64,000 nt of DNA from a virus (lineage: Duplodnaviria; Caudoviricetes): the IMG/VR virus record IMGVR_UViG_3300037067_013225, positions 128,001 to 192,000 of that record; one strand, written 5' to 3'. Made by a program: the position numbers and the translations under genes. Below, piece by piece: positions 38,948 through 49,516 of the stretch. The notes below the pieces were generated by a model, which worked only from the letters and a program-made list of their open reading frames with translations, made no database searches and was not told where the DNA came from. Within the stretch, counting starts at the first letter, position 1. The number at the start of each line of letters is the position of its first letter.

Positions 38948-39734
38948 AAGTGACGATATGAAAGCGCGAAATATTGAGTTGGCTGATTGTCCGATAATTT
39001 ATGATGCGCTAAGAAACAAGACCAAGGAATTAATTGAAAAGGCCATATCTGTTGTCGATGGCAAAATGATTGTGGATACATCGATTATCGAAATGACTGT
39101 GGCAGACAAAACACGGAAAGGTTATGATACTACTGGATTTCGATATCAGCGGCTTATTGATATTCTAAATGAAACAGTTGGTTCCAATCATTGGCGTGCG
39201 GAATCGGAAGTAATTGAACGTGTAATGCCGGATTCGGGATATCTGAGTGTAGCAATGAAGGTTACGGTGCAGATTGGCAACTGGATGCCGGGAGATAAAC
39301 CATTTTTTGATATTGTGGATTCCAAGTTCTGCTATGGAACCGGCAAAAGTAAAGATCTCGGTGATACATATAAGGGTGCATTTACTAATGGATTCAAAAA
39401 AACAGTATCACAATTCGGTTTAGGATCGGCAGCATATACGGGTGAATTGCATAAATTGCTACAATTGGAAATCCCTGAATCGGACGATGAATACGATGTG
39501 TCTGAGGAGCCTAAGACAGCGACAGACAAGGGTGCAAAAAAGACCACGCCCAAGACCACAAAGAGCGAATCGGATTGCCCACCAGTCGAATATTATTGCC
39601 AAGTAACACAAAAACCCATTTCACTCAAGCAGGTTCAATATTGTGAAAAGCAGGGGTTTATTCCAGTAGATTATACGGTAATTGTTAAGCACCGTAATGC
39701 AGGCACACTTGATGAAATCAAGGCAAAGGAATAG
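38916..39734 (+). CDS. Rad52/Rad22 (Sak-like) single-strand annealing protein
   Basis: IDILNETVGSNHW..YKGAFTNGFKKTVSQFGLG. Confidence 0.7.
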   Translation: MRRANMAAKDKSDDMKARNIELADCPIIYDALRNKTKELIEKAISVVDGKMIVDTSIIEMTVADKTRKGYDTTGFRYQRLIDILNETVGSNHWRAESEVIERVMPDSGYLSVAMKVTVQIGNWMPGDKPFFDIVDSKFCYGTGKSKDLGDTYKGAFTNGFKKTVSQFGLGSAAYTGELHKLLQLEIPESDDEYDVSEEPKTATDKGAKKTTPKTTKSESDCPPVEYYCQVTQKPISLKQVQYCEKQGFIPVDYTVIVKHRNAGTLDEIKAKE

Positions 39735-39928
39735 TGATGAGTTTGCCAGCCAAAATCTATATGAATTGCAACGGAAAACAAACCCCTATCGGAGAAGTAA
39801 CAGGCATGACGTATAAGGGAATGTATTCTCCGGCTATTTTGGGATGCAATATGTATATGTATGACTATCTGGATGAAATTGCGATGGGGATCGATTTAGA
39901 TAAACAATTTCAAGAGATCGATTTCTAA
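39734..39928 (+). CDS. hypothetical protein, IDF-tagged
   Basis: 64 aa ending QFQEIDF. Confidence 0.7.
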   Translation: MMSLPAKIYMNCNGKQTPIGEVTGMTYKGMYSPAILGCNMYMYDYLDEIAMGIDLDKQFQEIDF

Positions 39929-39932
39929 GAAT

Positions 39933-40190
39933 ATGGCAATGGAAGACACTGCGAGAGATGTGGTTTCGGATATAATGGCTGAGATATTAGACGGTGGTTT
40001 TATTGGGAGAAAATGTACCAATATAGCCGAAATATCTAAGTTTGTTAAACTCATGTATGGTGATAGTGCGGAAGTTTTATCTTTTGATCCAAATACACAA
40101 ACAATAACTATTCAACACGATATTGATGGTTTTAGTGGTACGTTTACATTGGAAATGCCGCATGATCCTTTCGTGGAGATTGATTTCTAA
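39933..40190 (+). CDS. hypothetical protein, IDF-tagged
   Basis: 85 aa ending PFVEIDF. Confidence 0.7.
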   Translation: MAMEDTARDVVSDIMAEILDGGFIGRKCTNIAEISKFVKLMYGDSAEVLSFDPNTQTITIQHDIDGFSGTFTLEMPHDPFVEIDF

Positions 40191-40527
40191 TGTACATCAT
40201 TGCACCCAGCCCTATACCGGGCGAGGATTGAAACTGATGCGTGACAAATCTAGATTGTCCATATATTTGGAACAAAATCGTTTAGCTTCACCATGTCCGA
40301 GTTATCGCGAATATGCCAAATACCTGAATGAATTGTTTGATCATACATATATCAAATATATTGAGGATGCGGCCAGATGCCCCAGTCGTGAGAAATGGCT
40401 TGAATATGCGGAATTAACCGGCTTGAGTAAAGATGATGCTCTGGATATGTTACAGGAGCATAAATTCTACGTCAAGCAGCGTCAAACACTGCAACGGCTC
40501 TATAAAAATAAAAAGGATACCATTTGA
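40123..40527 (+). CDS. possible XRE-type HTH protein; likely start 40237
   Basis: SYREYAKYL..YIKYIE..RCPSRE..YAELTGLS pattern. Confidence 0.4.
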   Translation: MMVLVVRLHWKCRMILSWRLISNVHHCTQPYTGRGLKLMRDKSRLSIYLEQNRLASPCPSYREYAKYLNELFDHTYIKYIEDAARCPSREKWLEYAELTGLSKDDALDMLQEHKFYVKQRQTLQRLYKNKKDTI

Positions 40528-40885
40528 TCAATATACGTGAGAAATCAAGATATCTAAGAATAGAACCCGGTCACACTATACACTTTACGAACAAGGATAT
40601 ACGCAAGATTAAAGATACCACATTTATAAAAAAGATTATAGAATCTTTTAGAGCCAAGTTCCGTAAAGTCTACGTTAGTATTTATGTTCCTCGCACGATA
40701 AATCTAAAGAACTATAACATATCTGGAGATCATCTTATCGTCTTAGATGACGCAATACCATATTATATTAAATCTATAGATATGCCGTTATTTTATATTA
40801 GCGGTGCGGAACCTATATCCGGGCATGCGCCCGTATATAAATTATACGATATTACATCAATTTTAGCTATGTATAAGGAAAAGTA

Positions 40886-41272
40886 ATGAAACCTCTACCC
40901 CTACCCGACGTGGATACTGATTTGTTTGAATGTGAACACAAACCATATCTAGACGAGAATCCCGCTATTGCAGAACAACAACGCAAATTATTATTGGCTA
41001 ATATGGATCTGGGATTGTGGCATCAGCGATTACTGTTAGCTCAGGCATATGATAATGCGGGAAATTTCTTGTTTGATTGGCGTGACTGGCAAAGGAATGT
41101 TAGACATGCCTTGGAGCTTTGCAACTTCGAAGGCACGATGTCTGAGTGGATTGAATATGCCAGAACATTAGACTACAAACTTCCCCTAGATGCGGATCGC
41201 CATCTTTCACACAAGCAATTGTCCAGGGAGAACCCCAATGAGTCTAGAAATATTCCATTCGCCATCCAATAA
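40886..41272 (+). CDS. hypothetical protein
   Basis: 128 aa, AAGGA RBS, TAATG coupling. Confidence 0.5.
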   Translation: MKPLPLPDVDTDLFECEHKPYLDENPAIAEQQRKLLLANMDLGLWHQRLLLAQAYDNAGNFLFDWRDWQRNVRHALELCNFEGTMSEWIEYARTLDYKLPLDADRHLSHKQLSRENPNESRNIPFAIQ

Positions 41273-41759
41273 AAAACTCTATCATATACGTGATCCGAAA
41301 TATATATGTTCTCATCGACTATATCCGGATTGGGCAGATCGGCAGAAACGGGGAGAGTTACAATATTATTATGATCCACTAAATGAAACTATTTCATCCA
41401 TGTGTAATAATTATACGTGGATAAAAGAACTTCACGAAGCGGGGAGTAATATAAAGGCAAAGCCTACATGCCAGGAAATAGATTTCTCATTAGAGTTGTG
41501 TCCGGCATGCATCATGAGGGCTTTTCAGGCGGGATATTTGGTGATAAAAGAAAATGAAGTTATCTGAGTGGAATCATAAAGCACGAGCGTTAGACTTGCT
41601 TAATGGCTACCACCTTTATCCCTCCAATTATGTGGTCCTGGTGGAAAGGCTGATTAGCGAAAGCAAAACATTGGAGTATGATACTTTGGATGGATTATAT
41701 GGCATTCCAGGTGTTCCGTCTTCAGATTGTTTGGGTTCTGTATTAAAAAATGAGATTTC

Positions 41760-42410
41760 TTGGGAAGATCTATGATACAAACACTATATAATAAGCATCC
41801 GCACAGTACAATAGCTATCGTTGGTTCTGGTCCGTCCGCATTGAAATATTCTCACGCAGAGGATATCGGAATTGCATTGAATGGTGCCTTAAATTTAGAC
41901 GCCGATTTCGATTATTTTCAGGGATTTGATATCGGTATTTGTGCGAGGGATTATTTTTATAAAAACACCAAGCCTACCAGAATTATCGGTGTAGGATTAG
42001 CGCCTATGGATAAGATATTGTATCCTGATGCGACTACACGTTCTGTTGTACGAGGGCATACGATACGAGAAACGTCTCTTGGATTGCCAACCCCACCTCA
42101 TTTGTACTTTCGGTACGAAAAAAAAACCACGCCAAATTTCAACAGACACTTGCAAATTCTCTCCGCTGCTGGTAACATAGTAGTGTGTTCCATCGAGACC
42201 GCACTGATTATGGGAGCGGATGAAATTCACCTATATGGGATTGATTTATCTAGAAGAATGTATTTTTATGAAAACGTACCACATGGTTCGTACATTGCAA
42301 GAGTGTCAGATTACGTTAATGATCAATTATCCATGTGTGAAGATAACGGTGTTGTAATTAAAGTATGCAGGAGTAAGGATAGCGCAATAAAGATAGGAGC
42401 GGATATTTGA
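41760..42410 (+). CDS. Maf/DUF115-like nucleotide-sugar transferase-type protein
   Basis: IAIVGSGPS..IALN..ALIMGADEIHLYGIDL. Confidence 0.6.
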   Translation: MGRSMIQTLYNKHPHSTIAIVGSGPSALKYSHAEDIGIALNGALNLDADFDYFQGFDIGICARDYFYKNTKPTRIIGVGLAPMDKILYPDATTRSVVRGHTIRETSLGLPTPPHLYFRYEKKTTPNFNRHLQILSAAGNIVVCSIETALIMGADEIHLYGIDLSRRMYFYENVPHGSYIARVSDYVNDQLSMCEDNGVVIKVCRSKDSAIKIGADI

Positions 42411-43624
42411 TTTACAAGACGGGTAACTTGGGAGAAATAGCCAAGCAACATTGGGAAGATATAGAGAATCCCAAACCACGAGTATTTACAGGATTCCAGG
42501 GCTTAGATAAAATTATTGGTGGTGGACGCGGTGGCATACGATATTCTGATTTTGCGGTTGTTGCAGGTGGAACCGGACAATTCAAATCAACACTGTGTTC
42601 GAATATTTTGGTAAATGCGGTGGGAAGTGGAAACAAAGCGGCCCTATACACTTATGAAATGTCCAACTTACAGTATTTTAGACGCATGTTGTGTTCTGAA
42701 GCGCAAATGCCATTAAAGAAGATTGAGAATAAGAATTTAACGCCTGTTGAAGAAACCGATCTGAAACAAATCATAGAGGCGATGGCCGCAAAGACCATAT
42801 TTCTAGTAGACTCTGGTATTGATACGGTTGAAAAATTACTTGTAGATATGGCAGATAAACGCAAAAATGGTATTGATTTGTTTATTGTGGATTACGTCCA
42901 ATTATTAAGATCGTCCAAGGGATTCAACAGAGTCGAACAAATGGAAAATATTAGCAGATCATTAAAAATGGCCGCATTGCAAATGGATGCTGTCGTTATC
43001 GGGATCAGTCAATTTTCACGGCAACACAAACGTGACGGCAAAGAGCCTGAGCTTCATGACCTACGTGGTGGTTCTATAGAATATGATGTTTCGGAAGGAA
43101 TATTCGTTACCGTTAAGTCTTATCATCGTATGTTTAAGAACCGTGAACGAGTATATTTACCTCCATATAGGGAAGCATCGCTATTTTTGAGCAAGAATCG
43201 CGATGGTGAATCGGAAATTACCGTGCCAGTTGTTATTTTGCCATCATATTTTAAATTCGCCAATATAGATATGTCTGATGGTATGACATTGGATCAATGC
43301 GATGAAATAACTTGCACCAATACCAGATGCGGTGGTGACGATTTCATTGCGCAAAGTGGCGAGATATTCTGTAATGAATGTGGCACTATTTATGATGAGG
43401 ATTGTTCCTGCAATGATGGAATCGTATTGTATCATAAATTCGATACCATAGACTATACTTATATTGGATTATGTGGTAGATGCGCTCGTGGCCGCGCTAT
43501 TCTAAATAGTATTAAAAACACCAATGCGCTAATAGAGAAAGAGGAGGATAGAATATCTGCATTGCCGTTGGTATATCCTCCATTAATCTCCTCAGATACC
43601 GAATCATGTGCGAGGGAATTTTGA
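42407..43624 (+). CDS. dnaB: DnaB-like replicative helicase with C-terminal Cys-rich extension
   Basis: TGFQGLD, GGTGQFKS, YEMS, FIVDYVQL, SRSLK, SQFSR, LHDLRG, SKNRDG. Confidence 0.85.
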   Translation: MIYKTGNLGEIAKQHWEDIENPKPRVFTGFQGLDKIIGGGRGGIRYSDFAVVAGGTGQFKSTLCSNILVNAVGSGNKAALYTYEMSNLQYFRRMLCSEAQMPLKKIENKNLTPVEETDLKQIIEAMAAKTIFLVDSGIDTVEKLLVDMADKRKNGIDLFIVDYVQLLRSSKGFNRVEQMENISRSLKMAALQMDAVVIGISQFSRQHKRDGKEPELHDLRGGSIEYDVSEGIFVTVKSYHRMFKNRERVYLPPYREASLFLSKNRDGESEITVPVVILPSYFKFANIDMSDGMTLDQCDEITCTNTRCGGDDFIAQSGEIFCNECGTIYDEDCSCNDGIVLYHKFDTIDYTYIGLCGRCARGRAILNSIKNTNALIEKEEDRISALPLVYPPLISSDTESCAREF

Positions 43625-43637
43625 TGAGCAAATATGA

Positions 43638-44213
43638 ATGGCAAGAATTAATATTATTTCTCGCTTTAGCGCTAATACTTGCACCTGTATTAATATTTTT
43701 CTGGTCTATCTGGACTGCATTTTTTGTATTGTAATAGAGGCGAATATGTCGGAATGCCAAGATTGTAACGAAGCAAAAAAGGAATGTCTGAACAAGGCAT
43801 ACAAAGAACCGTGCGAGGAACATCCTCCCTTTTGCCCAGAGATGAAGTGTGTCAAGCTATATAATTCTCAATTCTGGTATACAACGGATGATAATTGTTT
43901 GGTATTAAATACGATACCATCATTAAAGGGCGCTCATTGGATGCCAACATACCTCATTTCTTGGCTGGCAAACAATGCGGAACGGATTGTTCAAGAAATT
44001 CCTCAAGAGAAACACGCTAATCCTGATATGTCACTCGATCAGATGATTGAACATTTGCAGGTACTTCCATCATTCGGTGATGGCAAAATTATCCGAAACG
44101 TAGATGAAATCGTACAAACCATGTTTTCATGTGGATTGGATTTACTAGCGCAAACAGATATCAAGATATCCAAGAGAATCAAAAAGCTTCGCAAGAAAGG
44201 ATTGCTGCCATAA
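43638..44213 (+). CDS. hypothetical Cys-rich protein; likely start 43746
   Basis: GAGG before MSECQDC. Confidence 0.5.
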   Translation: MARINIISRFSANTCTCINIFLVYLDCIFCIVIEANMSECQDCNEAKKECLNKAYKEPCEEHPPFCPEMKCVKLYNSQFWYTTDDNCLVLNTIPSLKGAHWMPTYLISWLANNAERIVQEIPQEKHANPDMSLDQMIEHLQVLPSFGDGKIIRNVDEIVQTMFSCGLDLLAQTDIKISKRIKKLRKKGLLP

Positions 44214-44752
44214 TGTATCGTGGTTTTAATTACGACCGGTATATAGATCATTATAGAGCCTTGCGGAATTATCCGCCGAAACTGTTGAATTATGATATTG
44301 AGCCGTATCATTCCATATATTGCGCTATTGAGGATTCTTTAGCGGATGAACGTGGAATATTGATTGCGTCAGAAAACGCATTAAATACCGGTGCGTTATT
44401 AATGCCCATATCATTAAAAACCGAGGCATATTATATATCTGTGGCGAATCTCGTATATAGGGAGGCAGATGGGATTAAAAACATCTGCGAAATTCCCTCA
44501 CTCATATTGGACGAATTGGGATCGGAAGATCCATCCACCAAATGGATGGTCGAACGTATTATTAATTATCGTTATTCGGAGGGATTAAAGACATTTTTCG
44601 GATTAACGATGCCCGATTGGGATTCTCTAGGCCATAATTATGGAAACTTGCGGCACAAAATACTAGCAATGACATGCTACAGGCTGGCTCTACCATATAA
44701 ACTAATTATCACACAAACAGGAATGTATTCTTCCAGGGAGGAGAAATCATGA
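44129..44752 (+). CDS. degenerate DnaC/IstB-like protein; likely start 44213
   Basis: LILDELGSE..ERIINYRY..KT; no intact Walker A. Confidence 0.5.
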   Translation: MWIGFTSANRYQDIQENQKASQERIAAIMYRGFNYDRYIDHYRALRNYPPKLLNYDIEPYHSIYCAIEDSLADERGILIASENALNTGALLMPISLKTEAYYISVANLVYREADGIKNICEIPSLILDELGSEDPSTKWMVERIINYRYSEGLKTFFGLTMPDWDSLGHNYGNLRHKILAMTCYRLALPYKLIITQTGMYSSREEKS

Positions 44753-45112
44753 AACAAACACTCGATCAATTACAGGCATTCGCATCATTTGGTGCCGACA
44801 GGGTACGACCTATGAGCAAATTTTATAGGTATGCTCAGGTACAGGGTTTGAAGCTTACATTGTCGGTGAAAAGTTTGCCGATTTCATTCACCATGAAACA
44901 AACGACCGACGAACAAGGGCATCCCAAAGCTGATATCGGTGCCAAAACGCCGTTTGATTATAACATCTTTATCGGTGTGGTGGAACAAGTATGGGATGAC
45001 GGATGGTTGGTTTTCGTGGGAGAGTCCAAAACAGAACCTTCACAGATCTTTTTGCTCAATAGTGCAGATGTAATTGCGGTAAGTTTTACGCCGGATGATT
45101 CGGAGATTGTAA

Positions 45113-46168
45113 TTGGATAAATTTCAAATATTGGCGCTAGGCGATGTACAAGTTTGTCCGCAAAGTTATGCTATTGTGGATAGATTTTTCGACAAGCTAC
45201 TAGAGCTATACAATCCGAACGTATTGGTTTTGCCGGGTGATTTGTTCGAATATAATTCATATACGAATAACTACATCCCAGCATCCACCGTTATTCAACC
45301 ATATGCGGATTTCTTTAAAGAGCTAACGAATCGCGGAACGCAAATTATAATCGTAGCTGGGAATCATGATAAAACATATGGCGATTTTTCTAACGCTACA
45401 GATATTTTTCGCGGACCGAATATACACAACACCAGTGACGATATCTGTGCGGTAGATATCGGACCGGTGCGATTTATTTGCGTACCGTGGTTAATGATGC
45501 ACCAATATGAGAGTAAAGAACAAGTGCTCGGCTCTATTAAAAATCTAAAATCGGATTTAATTCCTATCTTGGTGGGGCATTTGCGTGTTATTGACGCTAA
45601 AGATGGTGGATATAAGGTTAAGAAATCAGAATATTCATTTATGTTTTCTGTGGATGATTTAGCCGATTTAGGGATCGAATATGGTATTTTGGGAGATATC
45701 CACAAATATCAGAACGTTATTAATAAGATGGATTATATCGGATCTATTAGGCAGAGACATTTCGGAGAGTCGGGTAATCCGACAAAAGTAAGATTAATCA
45801 CTATTAATAATGGGTTGGTTGTAGATCAATATGATGATCTATCCTATTTGATGCCGCAATATATCATCAAACAATGTGCTACACCGGATGAATTGGAGGA
45901 TTTCGTCCAGTCCGATTTGGATAGTGCCAACCAATATCGTGCTGAATTTAATTTTGAAACGAAATTAAGACCGCCAAAAGCAAATATAAAGTTCAGATGT
46001 CTCAAAGATACATCAACGAACAAACACCGCAAATTAAATATACAATCATTGGGAACCAAATTAACACCGGAAATTATGATCGGTTTATACAACAGATATA
46101 CCAAGGAATTAACAACGGACGAAGAAGCCTCCGCCATAACATTCTTTGGAGAACACAAGTATGATTAA
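45113..46168 (+). CDS. SbcD/Mre11-like nuclease
   Basis: GD, PGDLFE, AGNHD, VGH, LGDIHK, YIGS..FGE. Confidence 0.85.
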   Translation: MDKFQILALGDVQVCPQSYAIVDRFFDKLLELYNPNVLVLPGDLFEYNSYTNNYIPASTVIQPYADFFKELTNRGTQIIIVAGNHDKTYGDFSNATDIFRGPNIHNTSDDICAVDIGPVRFICVPWLMMHQYESKEQVLGSIKNLKSDLIPILVGHLRVIDAKDGGYKVKKSEYSFMFSVDDLADLGIEYGILGDIHKYQNVINKMDYIGSIRQRHFGESGNPTKVRLITINNGLVVDQYDDLSYLMPQYIIKQCATPDELEDFVQSDLDSANQYRAEFNFETKLRPPKANIKFRCLKDTSTNKHRKLNIQSLGTKLTPEIMIGLYNRYTKELTTDEEASAITFFGEHKYD

Positions 46169-47864
46169 AACCATAGAGATCGAAAATTTTTGTACTATTG
46201 ATAGAGCAAGCATTGATTTATCTGGTGCAAGGCTCATTATGTTGGTTGGTGGGAGCGGTTCTGGCAAGAGTTCACTATTAGGGTCTATATTCGCAGTTTT
46301 ATACGGTAGTTATCCAGACAAACCCGATATCAGCCTTTATGGTGACGTATTAGATCCATCCAAACGTGCGCGCATGATGATAGAAATGGAGCTAAATAAT
46401 CAAACGATCAAAGTAGAACGAATTGTTGATTGTACAGAACAGAGATCTATCGCGTATATTTCGGATGCTACAACTGGGAAAGTTTTGGTTGGCCCAAAAC
46501 TGAAAGATGTCCAAATGTGGGTTGCCAACCATATTATGGATCGTAATGCGTTCTTGGCGCTGTATTACCTCAGCCAACGCTCTAAAAATGATATGTGTGA
46601 AATCACACCATCAGACGGCAACAAAGTTTTGGTTCAATTATTAGGTATTGAGAACATGTATGCGTATTCTAGGCAGTTCGCCGCGTTAGCAAAAGATATA
46701 GCCGGACAGATACACGCTTTCAATAGGGAGCTAGCTGTCATCGAAACGTCAAAATTCCTCCTAGACGAGAAAAACCATAGAAAGAGCGCAATAGAGGACG
46801 AAATTAAGCAATTATCGGGTGAAATTACCGAGATAGAGGAATTTCTATCGGTAACATCCAATAATAATCAAACTATTGTTGATTTGGAAAAACAGGTTTT
46901 GGTTGCGGAAAACAATATCAAGGGATTAATAAATACCATTTCCGGTATTGATGTACAATTGCTCAATATAGCGCAACATCTCAAAATAACAGAAAGCGTC
47001 CCATGTGGTACCACATATCCTAAGTGTTCCTTTTTAAATATCGAACCTAAATTAGAACACAAGAAAGATCTGGAGCAACAAAAGATCGAATTAGCTACCG
47101 AATTATCCGAAGCCATAGATTGTAAAAATTCTCTAGACACCGAATTAAACAGTGCTAAAAATAATGGTAACGCCACATTACAAGGTAAACGGATATTGAG
47201 TGTTCGTGAGCGACAAGATTACTCTCAGGTTCTCAATACCAAATATAAGGATCTGGGCGTCATTGAGGGCGAAATAGAGCGATTGGAAGCAATTCTTCTT
47301 AAGGAACCTGCACTGATTGCAGAAATTAAGACATTTGAGATCAATCAACGATATGCCGATTTCATCTCTAGAGCTTTTTCTCGTGAGGGTGCGCCCGCGT
47401 TACTTATTGATGAGGCTCTACCAGATATCAATAAAATAGCCAACGATATCTGTACCACATATTATGTTCCATTTAGATTCAAGATAGATTCTACAAAAGA
47501 AATGAAAAATGGCACAAAAATCGAATCGCTCAATATATTACTAGAGGATGAATCCGGTAAAACTAGACATGTTACATCATATAGTGGTGGTGAACGCCAG
47601 TTGGCGCAATTGGTTCTGCGATTTGCATTGCAGGAATTTCTATATCAGCGATTCGGGAAGCAGGTGTTGAATATTTTTGCCGGAGACGAATTATGGTCTG
47701 CGATGGATTCTAATTGTCTAGATATCTGTTTCAATATTCTGAGCAACAAAAGCGAATTTGATCAGATTATAGCAGTTTCGCATTCATATAATTTAGTTTC
47801 TAAATTCGATTGCGTTATAGAATCGAGCAAGCAAAATAATCTAACCAAGTTCGAGGTTATATAG
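46146..47864 (+). CDS. SbcC/Rad50-like ATPase
   Basis: IEIENF, GGSGSGKSS, coiled coil, SGGE, AGDE, VSH. Confidence 0.88.
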   Translation: MENTSMIKTIEIENFCTIDRASIDLSGARLIMLVGGSGSGKSSLLGSIFAVLYGSYPDKPDISLYGDVLDPSKRARMMIEMELNNQTIKVERIVDCTEQRSIAYISDATTGKVLVGPKLKDVQMWVANHIMDRNAFLALYYLSQRSKNDMCEITPSDGNKVLVQLLGIENMYAYSRQFAALAKDIAGQIHAFNRELAVIETSKFLLDEKNHRKSAIEDEIKQLSGEITEIEEFLSVTSNNNQTIVDLEKQVLVAENNIKGLINTISGIDVQLLNIAQHLKITESVPCGTTYPKCSFLNIEPKLEHKKDLEQQKIELATELSEAIDCKNSLDTELNSAKNNGNATLQGKRILSVRERQDYSQVLNTKYKDLGVIEGEIERLEAILLKEPALIAEIKTFEINQRYADFISRAFSREGAPALLIDEALPDINKIANDICTTYYVPFRFKIDSTKEMKNGTKIESLNILLEDESGKTRHVTSYSGGERQLAQLVLRFALQEFLYQRFGKQVLNIFAGDELWSAMDSNCLDICFNILSNKSEFDQIIAVSHSYNLVSKFDCVIESSKQNNLTKFEVI

Positions 47865-48313
47865 TGTTTTATAACAGTATTAATTTCGTTAGCGGTGATA
47901 TATTGGATTTTTCCGCACATCGTGACACATCTTGTACAGTGATACCTGTTAATTGTGAAGGTGTGATGGGGAAAGGTTTGGCTTTGCAATTCAAAAATAA
48001 GTATCCCGATTTGTTTGCTGAATATAAAAATCATTGCGATAGTGGTGATTTACGAATCGGTACCGTTACGACATCCGTGGTTAATGGTGCATGGTATTAT
48101 TATTTCCCCACCAAAAACATCTACAAAGAATCGTCCAATATAGATTACATTGCTCAGGGGCTAGCGGCCATGGCTCTAAAAAGCTATATACTAGGGCCAA
48201 TAGCATTTCCAAAATTGGGATGCGGATTGGGAGGATTACAATGGGAGCATGTATTACCCGTGATGCTATTTTATCTGGATAAAATGCACGCGACATCATA
48301 TATCTATCTCTAG
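47864..48313 (+). CDS. macrodomain ADP-ribosylhydrolase (DarG/TARG-like)
   Basis: GDIL, PVNCEGVMGKGLALQFK, FPTK, FPKLGCGLGGLQW. Confidence 0.85.
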   Translation: MFYNSINFVSGDILDFSAHRDTSCTVIPVNCEGVMGKGLALQFKNKYPDLFAEYKNHCDSGDLRIGTVTTSVVNGAWYYYFPTKNIYKESSNIDYIAQGLAAMALKSYILGPIAFPKLGCGLGGLQWEHVLPVMLFYLDKMHATSYIYL

Positions 48314-48320
48314 GAGAGAA

Positions 48321-49193
48321 ATGCTCAAACAATTTATTGAAGGTAGGCCGTTGTCGGCCACCAATATGAAAACATTCGCGTCATGTCCCCGCCGTTTTTA
48401 TTATAAAATGACTGGCGTACCAGAAGAATATATCGGGAACCAATTATTGCTGGGTGGTGCATTACATTCGGCGGCAGAGACGTTTTTTAGAAACAAGAAT
48501 TATCCCGTACAGGTTGTTGTGGGCAATTTTATTCTGGATTATGAATCGCGATATGACGCATATAAACAAGCAGGTCAAAAGGTATTTTATCGCAGCGGAT
48601 CGCCCCGTAAAGACAAAGCGGAAGGTGCAGGTATGTTGGAGGGATTTTGCGAGGAATATAGATCCCTGCCATGTGTAGAGCCGGAATGCGAGATGATTGC
48701 GGACGTAACAATTGATGGTTATACGGTGAGACTTTATGCCGGTATAGATGTGGTTGTAGAAGATGCAGATTATTTTGGTATATACGATATCAAGAGTGGG
48801 AAATCTGCGCCAACCGATATCTACTTAAAGCATGACATGCAATTGGGTCAATACGCATATGTATTTCGACATGGAAGTTTTTGCACCTTAGACAAACAGA
48901 CCAAGCAACTGACAAGTAGAAAGGCTCTATTTGATCCACTATCCAAGCCTCTCAAATATAAAGGTATTTACAACATACGCGGATATCTAAAACAGCCGTT
49001 TACATCACATCAGGTGGAATTTCGAACCGAAGAATTTGATGAGGATAATTTTTTATTAACGTTACACGCCCTAATAAAAGAAATGGAGCTATATTCCCAG
49101 ATCAATTATTGGCCTAAACGCGGTATTGGATCTGTTCACGATTGTTCTTGCGCATATTGTTCCTATAAAGAGAAGTGCCAAGGGGAAGTGTAA
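48321..49193 (+). CDS. PD-(D/E)XK exonuclease (RecB/Cas4-like)
   Basis: SCPRRF, GGALH, AGID, IYDIKSG, QLGQY, C-terminal CAYCSYKEKC. Confidence 0.8.
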   Translation: MLKQFIEGRPLSATNMKTFASCPRRFYYKMTGVPEEYIGNQLLLGGALHSAAETFFRNKNYPVQVVVGNFILDYESRYDAYKQAGQKVFYRSGSPRKDKAEGAGMLEGFCEEYRSLPCVEPECEMIADVTIDGYTVRLYAGIDVVVEDADYFGIYDIKSGKSAPTDIYLKHDMQLGQYAYVFRHGSFCTLDKQTKQLTSRKALFDPLSKPLKYKGIYNIRGYLKQPFTSHQVEFRTEEFDEDNFLLTLHALIKEMELYSQINYWPKRGIGSVHDCSCAYCSYKEKCQGEV

Positions 49194-49516
49194 TGTGTTA
49201 TGCTCACCATCATATTGATGGGTATTATGATTTCCCGCTGCACCGGATATGGATTACTATCTATTTGTGGGGATCTAAATCTGGGCTATCTTTTGATTGT
49301 ATCGAATGTCATGAGTTAAATTCTAATCGGTATAAAATGACCACAGACGAAATAGATTCGTTTGATGTAGATCGTTTCCATATCTTTTTTCAAAGCAATT
49401 TAAATATAGCGGGACTTATTTCCTCGACTATGTTGAAAGAGTATTTTTATGAACAATGGAAACGTGACAACGAGCCTCTAATGGATTGTAGTCGGTGGAT
49501 GGAGATCGATTTTTGA
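49175..49516 (+). CDS. hypothetical protein, IDF-tagged
   Basis: 113 aa ending RWMEIDF. Confidence 0.7.
   Translation: MPRGSVMCYAHHHIDGYYDFPLHRIWITIYLWGSKSGLSFDCIECHELNSNRYKMTTDEIDSFDVDRFHIFFQSNLNIAGLISSTMLKEYFYEQWKRDNEPLMDCSRWMEIDF

Noticed and set aside
43260-43624. Intein in DnaB (also considered for DnaE and NrdJ)
   Set aside because: No intein terminal motifs or homing endonuclease; the extra segment is a C-terminal Cys-rich tail.
48321-49193. Cas4 as part of a CRISPR-Cas locus
   Set aside because: No cas1/cas2 or array; solo RecB/Cas4-like nucleases are common in phage recombination modules.
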